From assembly GCA_051252375.1 (NCBI GenBank), contig JBPOFY010000007.1:32001-96000 (forward strand): a stretch of DNA of 64,000 nt. The letters are read 5' to 3'. Positions 49,652 to 59,942 of this stretch are shown piece by piece. Both the position numbers and the translations under genes were made by a program. Every line of letters begins with the position of its first letter. Within the stretch, counting starts at the first letter, position 1. Under the pieces are notes generated by a model, which saw nothing but the letters and a program-made list of their open reading frames with translations, searched no databases and was not told the DNA's origin. Origin of the DNA: Opitutaceae bacterium. GTDB taxonomy: Bacteria; Verrucomicrobiota; Verrucomicrobiia; Opitutales; Coraliomargaritaceae.

Positions 49652-51499
49652 ATGATGAAAAAATATATTATAATTGGATTACTCCCCCTAATATTAGGGT
49701 TAAAGGTAAATGCGAGTCCTGTAGATGTGAGTTCTCCAAATGGTGAAATTACAGCATCGTTCGAATTGAAAAACAGTGTTCTGCTTTACTCTATTTCGAA
49801 GAATGACACTCCTGTCGTGGGTGCCTCTAAGTTGGAAATAGTCGCGGGCGCGAAGATGATGCAGGTAGATCAATCGGTTCGTGAGAACGACACGAGTTGG
49901 GAGCCGACCTGGGGGCAGTTCAGCACGATCCGCGATCACCATAATGAGCTGACGCTCGAATTGACGGCGGGTGACATGCCGGTGACCTTGCTCTGCCGAG
50001 TTTTCGATACGGGTCTCGGTATTCGCTTCGTTCTGCCCGAGGTATCTAAAGGTAAGAAGATTAAATTTTTGAGTGAATTCAAACTGCTCGATCGAGTCGC
50101 AAGCTATGCGGGAACGCATGGACGAGCAGCCGATACGAAAGGGGGCGTGCCCCTAGTGACCGAGCGCAGCGATGGGTTGCATGTCGCGTTCCTCGAGTCA
50201 GATCTCTATTCCGCGAAAGAGTTTTCATTGATGAAAAATCAGTTTGTGCCTGCGGATAATTCGTTTGTTGCTTCGAGCTCAGTCGTTTCAAGTGGATTCG
50301 GACAGTTGACACCTTGGCGCACGATTCTAATTGGAGACAGCGCTGGGGACTTAGTGGTGAACACTGTGACCTTGAATTTGGCCGCACCCTGCCAGATCGA
50401 AGACACGAGTTGGATCCAAACGGGCAAGGGCTTATGGGATTGGCGTGTTCACGGCTACGACAACGGCGACTTTATTTATGGCATCGATACTCGCAGTTAC
50501 CTGCGTTATATCGATTTCTGTGCTGATCAGGGTATCGAATATTTTACGGTGGACGATCACTGGTTCCTGACTGCGAAAGACGGAAAAATGGAGGTCTCGC
50601 CGAAAGTGGACATTGAAAAGGTGATGGCCTACGCAAAAGAAAAGGGCGTTAAGATTATGCTCTATTACGACCGCAAAAAAGGCAATTTCGGCGATGAAAC
50701 GCTCTTTGAGCACTACGCCAAGCTAGGTGCTGCTGGCATGAAATACGGTTTTATGGGGAACAGAGCCGACTTCACTCGGAACGCGATCGAGCAAGCTGCA
50801 AAGCATAAGTTGCTCATCAACTTCCATGACGGTCCGGTGCCGATGGCTGGTGTGGAACGCACCATGCCCAATCTAATTGCCCGTGAATACTGCCACGGTC
50901 AGCAGGACAGTCGCAGTGCCTTTACTCCCGAAACCTTCCTCAAGATGGCTATGGTCAGTGCCTTGTCTGGTCCGCTCGATATGTCCAACGGGAATTTCGG
51001 TATCAATAGTATCAATGCAGGTGAGCGGGAAAAGGGACCGAGAAAGAAAAACAGCTACATCTCAACAGTGACTAGCGAAGTGGCCCGGAATTTAGTGATC
51101 TATACGGGGCTCGTTACTTTGCCCGATGCACCGGAAGAATACTCGAAGAAGCTAGACCTATTTGAGTTCCTGAAACTTATGCCTACGACTTGGGACGACA
51201 CAAAGGTGCTGAACTCGAAAATTGGCAGCTATATTACCACCGCCCGTCGTAGCGGCGATACGTGGTTTGTCGCATCGGTCAACGATCAGAGTGAGCGCAC
51301 CTTGGATGTGGCACTCGATTTCCTTGATTTGAATACAACCTACATGGTCACACTCTATCAGGATGCACCCGATTCACATGGTGTGAAAAATCCGGAGGTC
51401 TACGAAATTATAACGAGAACAGTGAAGCAGGGCGACGTGATCGCAGCCAAGATGGCTGTTGGCGGTGGGCACGCGATGATTCTGAAACCAATCCAATAA
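49652..51499 (+). CDS. GH97-family glycoside hydrolase with atypical catalytic residues
   Basis: VSSPNG, TPWRTI.IG, N.NLA.P, SWI.TGK..W.W, YIDF, NFH, RT.PN, GPLD, PTTWDDT, ARRSG..WFV, GGG.A motifs. Confidence 0.88.
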   Translation: MMKKYIIIGLLPLILGLKVNASPVDVSSPNGEITASFELKNSVLLYSISKNDTPVVGASKLEIVAGAKMMQVDQSVRENDTSWEPTWGQFSTIRDHHNELTLELTAGDMPVTLLCRVFDTGLGIRFVLPEVSKGKKIKFLSEFKLLDRVASYAGTHGRAADTKGGVPLVTERSDGLHVAFLESDLYSAKEFSLMKNQFVPADNSFVASSSVVSSGFGQLTPWRTILIGDSAGDLVVNTVTLNLAAPCQIEDTSWIQTGKGLWDWRVHGYDNGDFIYGIDTRSYLRYIDFCADQGIEYFTVDDHWFLTAKDGKMEVSPKVDIEKVMAYAKEKGVKIMLYYDRKKGNFGDETLFEHYAKLGAAGMKYGFMGNRADFTRNAIEQAAKHKLLINFHDGPVPMAGVERTMPNLIAREYCHGQQDSRSAFTPETFLKMAMVSALSGPLDMSNGNFGINSINAGEREKGPRKKNSYISTVTSEVARNLVIYTGLVTLPDAPEEYSKKLDLFEFLKLMPTTWDDTKVLNSKIGSYITTARRSGDTWFVASVNDQSERTLDVALDFLDLNTTYMVTLYQDAPDSHGVKNPEVYEIITRTVKQGDVIAAKMAVGGGHAMILKPIQ

Positions 51500-51512
51500 A
51501 GGGGATTTTATT

Positions 51513-53051
51513 ATGAAACGAATACTGATACCTGTTATCTCGGCTGTTCTGGCCCTGACGAGCCATGCGACTGAACAGTCCAAGCCCAACATCATCTTCA
51601 TTTTCGCCGATGATATGGGCTATGGAGAAGTGCAATGCCTCAACCCGGAACGAGGAAAAATTCCTACGCCATGCCTAGATCAATTTGCGAGTGAGGGGAT
51701 GATCTTCACGGACGCGCACACGTCATCCTCAGTCTGCACGCCATCGCGTTACTCTCTGATGACGGGGCGATACAACTGGCGGACGACGCGTCAGGCAGGA
51801 GTCTTGAACGGCTACAGTGAGGCGCTTATTGCTGAGGACACGCTCACCGTAGGTAAGATGCTCCAAGAGAATGGCTACGACACCGCAATGATTGGAAAAT
51901 GGCATCTAGGGATGACGCTCCCAGTCACTTCAGGCGATTTGCCGACAGCACGTAAACCGAAACAAACAAATCTCGATTGGGACGGCGTAATCAAACACGG
52001 TCCAGCAGATCGTGGTTTTGATTACTTCTTCGGCATCTCAGCATCGCTGGATATGGCTCCTTACATTTACATGGAGAACCGTCAGTTCATCGGTGCGGCA
52101 GACAACAACGACCCTCAGGCAAATGCCCTTGGGTTCGTGCGAGATCAAGTCCTGCCAGTGCTATCTAAGCGCTCCGCTGATTACATCAAGTCGCACAAGG
52201 GTGATAAGCCGTTCTTTTTGTATGTGCCGTTGACTTCGCCGCATTCGCCGGTTCTCCCAACCAAAGAATGGATCGGTAAGAGCGGTCTCAATCGGCACGC
52301 TGACTTCCAAATGCAAACCGACGACGAGATCGGTAAAATCATTGATGCCGTGGATGAAGCCGGACTAACGGAAAATACGCTGATCATCGTCACTGCGGAC
52401 AATGGCACTTCGACTCAATCTGCGAGAATACCAGATCTTGAAAGCATGGGGCATTACTCAAGTGCGAACCTGCGTGGATCGAAGGCGGATATCTTGGAAG
52501 GGGGACATCGGGTGCCCTTTATCGTGCGCTGGCCGAAAGTCGTTGAAGCGGGCTCCACTTCGGATGCAACGATTTGCCTGACCGACTTCATTGCCACCTG
52601 TGCGGATATTGCGGGCGCTGAACTCGCAGATGACGAAGGGGTCGATAGTGTCAGCTTCTTATCTGCACTCAAATCTGAAACCATTACAACCGATCGGCAG
52701 GGGATTGTGCACCACGCGATTGCCGGTCAATTCGCCATTCGTTCCGGCGACTGGAAGCTGATTCTTGCACCCGGTTCGGCGGGGTGGACTTATCCAGCCG
52801 GTAAAACTGCGGTCGACCTAGGACTACCCTTGATTCAGCTCTACAATCTCAAGCAAGATATCGGAGAGACCAATAACCTACAGGCAGAATACCCTGAAAA
52901 GGTCGGCGAACTGCTCACACTACTTGAAGACTATGTAGCAGAGGGGCGAAGCACGAGCGGCGTCAAACAAGCGAACGATGCCGAAATCGATCTCTGGAAA
53001 AAGCGCATGCTCGAGAAACCTGGTTGGCAGCCTAAGAGTAAGAAGAAATAG
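51513..53051 (+). CDS. S1 arylsulfatase (S1_15-like), paralog of the 39557 enzyme
   Basis: [42 protein letters not shown]. Confidence 0.92.
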   Translation: MKRILIPVISAVLALTSHATEQSKPNIIFIFADDMGYGEVQCLNPERGKIPTPCLDQFASEGMIFTDAHTSSSVCTPSRYSLMTGRYNWRTTRQAGVLNGYSEALIAEDTLTVGKMLQENGYDTAMIGKWHLGMTLPVTSGDLPTARKPKQTNLDWDGVIKHGPADRGFDYFFGISASLDMAPYIYMENRQFIGAADNNDPQANALGFVRDQVLPVLSKRSADYIKSHKGDKPFFLYVPLTSPHSPVLPTKEWIGKSGLNRHADFQMQTDDEIGKIIDAVDEAGLTENTLIIVTADNGTSTQSARIPDLESMGHYSSANLRGSKADILEGGHRVPFIVRWPKVVEAGSTSDATICLTDFIATCADIAGAELADDEGVDSVSFLSALKSETITTDRQGIVHHAIAGQFAIRSGDWKLILAPGSAGWTYPAGKTAVDLGLPLIQLYNLKQDIGETNNLQAEYPEKVGELLTLLEDYVAEGRSTSGVKQANDAEIDLWKKRMLEKPGWQPKSKKK

Positions 53052-53104
53052 GATGGAAAGAACGCAGACCAACCAGTAAGGTCCACGCAAATAGCCTCAA
53101 CTAT

Positions 53105-54598
53105 ATGAAAAAAATAATTCTAATCTTCGCTAGCCTCGGCTTGATAAATACCTTGTTCGGATCTGATAAGCCGAATGTAGTCATCCTCTATGCTGATGAC
53201 ATGGGCGTGGGGGATGTTTCTTACGGAGATCCTGAGGCGAAGATTCAAACGCCGAACATCGACCGACTCGCTAGTCTGGGCATGACTTTTACAGACGGGC
53301 ACAGCTCATCTGGTATTTGCACGCCGAGTCGCTATGCTTTGCTCACGGGGCAACACCATTGGCGTCGCTTCCACGGGATTGTGAATGCTTTCGGTGAATC
53401 GGTTTTCAAACCGGGTGAATTTACCATTGCTCGCATGTTCAAGGAGCAGGGCTATACCACCGCAGCTTTCGGCAAGTGGCACCTTGGTTGGGACTGGGAT
53501 GCGATCCGCAAGCCAGGCATCACGGGGAAGGATAGGGAACTTGCCTCGTCATACGATTGGACAAAGCGCTTTCCCGGTGGACCGATCGACCAGGGTTTTG
53601 ATCACTACTTTGGCGATGGCACGATTAACTTTCCACCATATTGCTGGATTGAAAACGACCGCTTCCTTACGATCCCGACTAAGCCCGTGATCAAGTCGAG
53701 ACCACTCGCAGGTGGTGGTGGTTTCCGTGCCGGCCCAATGGCCGAAGGCTGGAACCCATACGACATCTTGCCGACCGTGACCGAAAAAACGGTGGAGTGG
53801 ATCGAAGAACAAAGTGCGGATAAGCCTTTCTTCGTCTATCTTGCTTTTAACTCACCGCATTATCCAATCGTTCCCAACGAGGAGTTTCATGGCACGTCCA
53901 AAGCCGGATACTATGGAGACTTTGTCATCGAGACCGATGCGATGGTCGGCAAAGTGATGGCCGCCCTGAAAGAGAAAGGGCTGGCTGAAAATACCATCGT
54001 TATTTTTACAGCCGATAACGGGACCGAAAAACATGCCTACGAGCGTCTTGAGGAATTTGATCAGTGGAGCTCGGGCGAACTGCGCGGACTGAAGCGTGAT
54101 GTCTACGAAGGCGGGCACCGCGTGCCGTTTATCGTTAGCTGGCCTAATAATATTAAAGTTGGGTCTCGCTCAAGTGAAGTCGTCAGTCAGGTGGATTTCA
54201 CGGCAACCTTTGCCGAGATCACTGGATACAAGCTAAGCAATGAGGTAGCAATCGACAGCTACAACATTTTGCCAGCATTGACTGGTGAAGACTATGCCAG
54301 CCCACTACGAAAAGCGACCGTGCAGAATACGAGCAAGGGGCAGTATGCGCTTCGCCAAGGTGATTGGGTTTATATCAATACGCACACTGGATCAGGTCTA
54401 AATGAGCCAAAGGCATACCTTGAGCGCTTCGGATTAAAGACGTATTCCAAAGATACTCCTGGATTATTGTTCAACCTTAAAGACGATCTTCGGCAGTCGA
54501 GCAATGTGTATAGCGAAAACCCTGAAAGGGTGAGCGCTATGAGCGAGCTATTGGAGAGTTACGTCGCAGGCGAACGCTGCGCACCTGCGAGAAATTGA
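53105..54598 (+). CDS. S1 arylsulfatase (S1_15-like)
   Basis: [39 protein letters not shown]. Confidence 0.92.
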   Translation: MKKIILIFASLGLINTLFGSDKPNVVILYADDMGVGDVSYGDPEAKIQTPNIDRLASLGMTFTDGHSSSGICTPSRYALLTGQHHWRRFHGIVNAFGESVFKPGEFTIARMFKEQGYTTAAFGKWHLGWDWDAIRKPGITGKDRELASSYDWTKRFPGGPIDQGFDHYFGDGTINFPPYCWIENDRFLTIPTKPVIKSRPLAGGGGFRAGPMAEGWNPYDILPTVTEKTVEWIEEQSADKPFFVYLAFNSPHYPIVPNEEFHGTSKAGYYGDFVIETDAMVGKVMAALKEKGLAENTIVIFTADNGTEKHAYERLEEFDQWSSGELRGLKRDVYEGGHRVPFIVSWPNNIKVGSRSSEVVSQVDFTATFAEITGYKLSNEVAIDSYNILPALTGEDYASPLRKATVQNTSKGQYALRQGDWVYINTHTGSGLNEPKAYLERFGLKTYSKDTPGLLFNLKDDLRQSSNVYSENPERVSAMSELLESYVAGERCAPARN

Positions 54599-54627
54599 TA
54601 TTTACTCTCTTTTAATTAAACCTGTTC

Positions 54628-54675
54628 TAGTCGCGTAAACGGGGGGGTATACTGATCGCAATGCTATGCTATAGT
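54628..54675 (+). promoter_or_regulatory. Degenerate operator plus extended -10 box (copy 5)
   Basis: TAGTCGCGTAAACGGGGGGGTAT, then TGC-TATAGT at 54667-54675. Confidence 0.5.
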
Positions 54676-54688
54676 GAGGGTATAATTT

Positions 54689-57451
54689 ATGATGAAGTAT
54701 ACCTCGACTGCCTTTTGCCTCCTATTTGGGGTCTGTTTCAGCACTACGCATGCAACTGACATTTATGTCAGCCCAGCGGGTTTGGATACAAATAATGGCG
54801 CTGATAATCAGTCACTAGCGACACTTGCCGCCGCTCAAGAAAAAGCGCGTCTCTACGCGGGTAAAGAACCCGTCACGGTATGGGTCGCAGGTGGCACCTA
54901 TCATTTGGACCAAACGCTTCGTTTCAGTGAAGCAGACTCCGGCACTGCCGAAGCTCCGATTACCTATCGTGCGGTTCCAGGTTCGGTAGTCACGTTGAAG
55001 GGTAGCTTGCCGCTAGACCCGATGGGCTGGGAACCGTGGAAGGATGGCATATACAAGCAATCACTAAAGGGCTCTGCCTTGGAAGGTCGCCAGATTAACC
55101 AGCTCTTCATGTCTGACGAGCGCATGGTTCGGGCGCGCTTCCCAAACTGGGATTACAGCAATCCACTGCGGACAGGAGACGGCTATCTGAAGGCAGGCGG
55201 GGAAGATAGCCCCAGCATGGAAAAGATCACTTGGAATAAGGGAACTCTAGATGAACGTGTCCAAGAGTGGACGTATCCTGAGAAAGGCATATTACACGCT
55301 TTTCATGCGCGAAATTGGGGAAACTTCCAATTCCATATTGGTCGTGTAGATGCCAAGAACCGCACTTTTCACTTCAGAGATGGGGGCTGGCAGGCACAGC
55401 GTCGTGAGCGTGGGGTAGGAGGAAAGGGCGGTCATAGTTCACCTTTTTACATTGAAAATATTTTTGAAGAACTGGACGTCCAGTTTGAGTGGTATCACGA
55501 TTCTGACACAGAGACTTTCTATTTCAAGCCACCTACCGGGCTCGACTTGGCCACAGTCAACGTTGAAGCAGCGATATTAAAATCCTTGATTGTAGTTGAG
55601 GGAGCCCAGCATCTTCACTTTGAAGGTTTTCGTCTGACCCAAACACGTGCGACTTTCTTAGAACCTTATGAGGACTTGGCACGTGGTGACTGGGCTATTC
55701 ATCGTGGCGGCGCAGTCTATTTCAAAGACAGCCAGAACTGCTCAGTGAAGAATTTCCATATCGAGAAGATAGGCGGCAACGGCATTTTCGTAGATGGGTT
55801 TAACGAGGAAATTCACATCTCCGGTTGCTTGATTGAGAATACAGGGGAGAGCGCAGTCTGCTTTGTCGGAAGTCCCAAGGCGGTGCGTGAATATCAGACA
55901 TGGGTCACCGGCAAACGCGGGGAAATTCTAGATCTGGAGCCTGGTCCGAAAACGGAAGATTATCCGCGGAATTGTAGTGTCAAAAATACGATTACCCGCG
56001 ATGTAGGGGTCTATGGTAAGCAGACCTCAGGAGTCTTTGTTTCTATGGCCATGGATATCACGATTGATCATGTCAGCGTGTATCGTATTGCACGTGCCGG
56101 CATTACCTTCAACGACGGCACTTGGGGCGGATTGGTGATGTCGAACTGCGATATCTATGACACCATTTTGGATACCGGTGAGCATGGTCCTTTCAACTCT
56201 TGGGGTCGCGAGCGCTTTTGGGATGGCAGCAAGTTGAAAAAAGACTGGGTGAGACTGGATTCGCTCAAGCCAAATGTTCTACGCAACAACCGAGTGGGCA
56301 ACTACCGCTCTTCAGTCAGTGCAGGCAACTGGACGATCGACCTGGATGACGGTTCATCGCTCTATGAAATTTATGATAACTTGATGATCGGATCCACTCT
56401 CAAACTTCGCGATGGGTATTTCCGTGAGGTGACTAATAATATTATGGTGAGTGCGGTCCCGCTTGGTTTTCATGTCTGGCCAGATGATAACTCTGAAGAT
56501 GTATTTGAGCGTAACATCACAGTTGTCACCGGCTCCGTCGAGGGCAGGAACAGTAAGACGCGAACTCTATTGGGACCGGTTCGTATGCCCAAGGATATCG
56601 CCAACTGGGGAACCTTTGATCACAATCTGTGGTGGAATGTAAATCAACCAGGGTTTGCAGCTGGTAACTTGGTTGACAGCCTAGAGTCGTGGCAACAATT
56701 CCAAGGAAAACATAGTGTCGTTGCCGACCCAATGTTCGTAGATCCGGCGAACCGAGATTATCGGGTGATACCCGATTCTCCCGCGCTGAAGCTGGGCTTC
56801 AAGAACTTCCCGATGAATCAATTCGGTCACCAAATGACGCGCATCATGAATTCGATGCACCAATTTGAGGATTTGGTTGATGTAGTGATTCGCGCGGATG
56901 CGCGCGGTGGGGCGATTCACTATACCCTTGATGGTTCAGAGCCTAGTGCACAGTCACCGATTTACAAAGATCCGATCCGTATCGAAGAAAACACTACTGT
57001 GCGGGCGAACACTTTTAATCAACAAGGGTCTGCCGTTGGCTTTGAAGATCTAGTCGCATTTGAAAAGGTCAAAGAGGTGGCCCACCAGAGCTGGTTGGCC
57101 TCATTGTTAGCCGGCGAATATGTAGCGTCAAAGAATCCACCCAAAACGAAAGTCGTCAGCGAGCCCCGCAGAGTGAACTGGGCTGGCATGCAACTGGTGA
57201 GCATCTCCGACTATCCGGATTACATTGATGCTACAGGAGGTCAGCCGACAGGCGTGTTTGTCGACACCATTGCCAAGGATAGTCCTGCTTTGAAGCCGGG
57301 CATGATTGAAGGCGATACAATCATTCGTCTGAATCAGACCGAAGTGCGTCAACTGGAAGATTTGGAGCGCGCACTGAAGAGTGCTAAAGGTGAGTTTACT
57401 GTGAAAGTCTTTCGAAATTACCAACACCATATTTTCAAATTTTCATTATGA
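54689..57451 (+). CDS. GH141-like glycoside hydrolase with a chitobiase/hexosaminidase C-terminal (FN3-like) domain and a PDZ domain
   Basis: IYVSPAG.D, ENIFEELD..EWY, GEHGPFNSWG, WTIDLDDGS, IHYTLDGSEPS..SPIY..PI.I, SPA..GMIEGDTIIRLN..VFRN. Confidence 0.8.
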   Translation: MMKYTSTAFCLLFGVCFSTTHATDIYVSPAGLDTNNGADNQSLATLAAAQEKARLYAGKEPVTVWVAGGTYHLDQTLRFSEADSGTAEAPITYRAVPGSVVTLKGSLPLDPMGWEPWKDGIYKQSLKGSALEGRQINQLFMSDERMVRARFPNWDYSNPLRTGDGYLKAGGEDSPSMEKITWNKGTLDERVQEWTYPEKGILHAFHARNWGNFQFHIGRVDAKNRTFHFRDGGWQAQRRERGVGGKGGHSSPFYIENIFEELDVQFEWYHDSDTETFYFKPPTGLDLATVNVEAAILKSLIVVEGAQHLHFEGFRLTQTRATFLEPYEDLARGDWAIHRGGAVYFKDSQNCSVKNFHIEKIGGNGIFVDGFNEEIHISGCLIENTGESAVCFVGSPKAVREYQTWVTGKRGEILDLEPGPKTEDYPRNCSVKNTITRDVGVYGKQTSGVFVSMAMDITIDHVSVYRIARAGITFNDGTWGGLVMSNCDIYDTILDTGEHGPFNSWGRERFWDGSKLKKDWVRLDSLKPNVLRNNRVGNYRSSVSAGNWTIDLDDGSSLYEIYDNLMIGSTLKLRDGYFREVTNNIMVSAVPLGFHVWPDDNSEDVFERNITVVTGSVEGRNSKTRTLLGPVRMPKDIANWGTFDHNLWWNVNQPGFAAGNLVDSLESWQQFQGKHSVVADPMFVDPANRDYRVIPDSPALKLGFKNFPMNQFGHQMTRIMNSMHQFEDLVDVVIRADARGGAIHYTLDGSEPSAQSPIYKDPIRIEENTTVRANTFNQQGSAVGFEDLVAFEKVKEVAHQSWLASLLAGEYVASKNPPKTKVVSEPRRVNWAGMQLVSISDYPDYIDATGGQPTGVFVDTIAKDSPALKPGMIEGDTIIRLNQTEVRQLEDLERALKSAKGEFTVKVFRNYQHHIFKFSL

Positions 57452-59907
57452 GGAACAGGTATCTATTCTCTTTTGCCTTATTGGCATTTTTCGTAACGCT
57501 GACTGCAGTAGCCCAACGCCCCAACGTGATCCTCGTCATGACCGACGATCAGGGCTATGGAGATCTGGGTTGCCACGGGAATCCATTTCTCAAGACACCA
57601 GAAATCGACAAGCTACACGGCGAGTCGATTCGGTTTACTGATTTTCATGTGAGTTCATTTTGCACACCTACAAGGGCGGCGCTCATGACGGGGAATCATC
57701 CCGGTTATTCGGGAGCCTATCGCACCAGCTCGGGGCGCAGTATGATGCACCCCGATGAAAAAACGGTGGCCGATCTTTTTGCCGAAGCAGGCTACGCCAC
57801 TGGAATGGTCGGCAAGTGGCACCTCGGTGATAACGCGCCGCACCGTCCGCAGGATCGTGGCTTTCAGGATGTCGTTTGGCACCGCTGCGGAGGCATCGGC
57901 CAAGCATCTGATTATTGGGGGAACACTTATTTCGATGACACTTACGCGCGTGTCAGACCCGGCAGTCGTGTTGAGAAGTTCGAAAAGTTTACAGGCTATT
58001 GCACCGATGTCTTTTTCGGGGAAGGGATGCGCTTTGTTGATAAAAATAGAGAGAAGCCGTTTTTTCTCTACCTTGCACTCAATGCGCCGCATGGACCGTA
58101 TCGCGTGCCACCTGAGTGGGCGAAGCCTTATCAAGGCAACAAGGACATCCCAAATCCTAACTTCTACGGGATGATTGCGAACATCGATTACAACATGGGG
58201 CTGCTGCGCGAGAAATTGGATGAACTGGGGCTGACCGAAAACACCATCCTAATTTTCATGACAGACAATGGCACCTCTGCTGGTGCAAAATTCAAAGGTT
58301 TGGATTCAGAAGCTTTGGTTGGTTACAACGCTGGTATGCGTGGCAAGAAGTCGTCTGTCTATGATGGAGGTCACCGTGTGCCGTTCTTCATTTACTGGCC
58401 CAAAGGCGGGCTAACAGGAGGAGAAGACATTGAGACCATTGGAGCGCATATTGATGTGCTACCGACTCTGGCGGAGTTGTGCGGCATTACAGTCGGTGCG
58501 GGCTATGACCTAGATGGAATATCACTGAAGCCGTTATTGGATGGCTCTAATCAACCGTGGCCGCGGGATCACCATGTGGTGCAGTATCATGGTGGTGCCT
58601 ACGGTAATGCTATGCCACCTGGTCCTTTAGCATACTCAGCGGTGCTGACAGAACGCTGGCGTCTGGTAAACTCCGACGGGCAATTCCTTTTCGATATCGA
58701 AGCCGATCCCGCACAGCGTAAGGATGTCTCCGCCGAGCATCCGGAAGTGGTGAAGCGTTTGCGTGCACTTTATGATCCGTTCTGGGAAAGGGTATCGCCG
58801 CGCTTGACACCTATTCGCATCGACATCGGCGATCCCGGTGAGCCGCGCACAGTGTTATGCTCCCAAGACTGGTATATGAAAAAGGGGAATCCCCCGTGGA
58901 ATTTTGGTTCGATCAAAAGTCTGCCCAAAGTCACCGGACCATGGATAGTCGATGTGAAGCGCGCGGGGCGCTATCGCCTGACATTGCGTCAGTGGCCAGC
59001 CGAAGCCAATAAGCCAGTGATCGCGGTGCGTGCCAAAGTCGAGATCGCGGGACAGGAGCAATCCGGGCCTGTGGTCTCAGGATGTGAAGGAGTCGTCATC
59101 GAGCTGGATCTGCCAGCAGGTCCATCAGAACTGGTGACTTACCTTTACGATGAGAAGGGTAAAGCCGGTGGGGCTTACTTTACAGATGTCGAATGGCTGG
59201 GTGCGAGCGACTCGCTGCCAAAGGCATCGTCTGTGCCTCAGAGTGTAGGGCATGTTTCTGTATCTGAAAAAGCTCCGTCTTCTCAATCGAAAGGCGCTCA
59301 CGCACAGTTCGATTTCCAGACGAGCTTGAAGGGGAAACAGTCATGGACAACTGGTGCTTTTACCGATGCATCGAAAACAGTTTGGGATGAAGCGAATCTA
59401 AGCGGAAAAACGCTTACTTTTTCAGGACACAACTTCGGCTATAACGACTCAATGAAGAAGGTAAACTTCTCAGAGGCGACGATCAACACCACAGGAAACC
59501 AGCCTTTCATTTCAGCTGATTTATCTGGCGCGAATTTCTCTGGCGCGACACTGAATGTAAAAGGGTATACAGGTAGGATGACCGCCTTTCGCGACGCGAA
59601 GCTGGCGGGTGCGAATTTCAGAAACATCACTTGGGGCGTTTCGACGGACGGGCTCACTCAAAAGACGGAATTCTTTTTTAGTGGTGGTCCAGGATCGACA
59701 ACAGCTGCGGATAAACACCTTGCCGTGACATTCGAAGGTGCTGACCTAAGCCGTATCACCGGCGCTGCCAAGACTGCCATGATTCAAAACTTGGGCAAGT
59801 TTGATGGCGAAACTGCAATTGGTGCCAAATATAATGACTCAACTTTAACTAAGTCCGGTTGGACCGCAGCAGAGCTAGACGCAGCCGGTTGGCGGCGGGT
59901 GGAGTAA
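57448..59907 (+). CDS. S1 arylsulfatase (S1_17-like) with a C-terminal pentapeptide-repeat-like extension
   Basis: RPNVILVMTDDQGYGD, CTPTR, GKWHLGD, APHGP; tail with ANLSG, ADLSGANFSGATL, AKLAGANF, ADLS. Confidence 0.88.
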   Translation: MRNRYLFSFALLAFFVTLTAVAQRPNVILVMTDDQGYGDLGCHGNPFLKTPEIDKLHGESIRFTDFHVSSFCTPTRAALMTGNHPGYSGAYRTSSGRSMMHPDEKTVADLFAEAGYATGMVGKWHLGDNAPHRPQDRGFQDVVWHRCGGIGQASDYWGNTYFDDTYARVRPGSRVEKFEKFTGYCTDVFFGEGMRFVDKNREKPFFLYLALNAPHGPYRVPPEWAKPYQGNKDIPNPNFYGMIANIDYNMGLLREKLDELGLTENTILIFMTDNGTSAGAKFKGLDSEALVGYNAGMRGKKSSVYDGGHRVPFFIYWPKGGLTGGEDIETIGAHIDVLPTLAELCGITVGAGYDLDGISLKPLLDGSNQPWPRDHHVVQYHGGAYGNAMPPGPLAYSAVLTERWRLVNSDGQFLFDIEADPAQRKDVSAEHPEVVKRLRALYDPFWERVSPRLTPIRIDIGDPGEPRTVLCSQDWYMKKGNPPWNFGSIKSLPKVTGPWIVDVKRAGRYRLTLRQWPAEANKPVIAVRAKVEIAGQEQSGPVVSGCEGVVIELDLPAGPSELVTYLYDEKGKAGGAYFTDVEWLGASDSLPKASSVPQSVGHVSVSEKAPSSQSKGAHAQFDFQTSLKGKQSWTTGAFTDASKTVWDEANLSGKTLTFSGHNFGYNDSMKKVNFSEATINTTGNQPFISADLSGANFSGATLNVKGYTGRMTAFRDAKLAGANFRNITWGVSTDGLTQKTEFFFSGGPGSTTAADKHLAVTFEGADLSRITGAAKTAMIQNLGKFDGETAIGAKYNDSTLTKSGWTAAELDAAGWRRVE

Positions 59908-59942
59908 TCGTTGTTTTTAAATATATATCGAATACAAATATT

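Noticed and set aside
59859..59942. N-terminal extension of the last sulfatase ORF
   Set aside because: It uses a TTG start overlapping the upstream gene; ATG 59943/59946 follows an AT-rich leader and begins a signal peptide.
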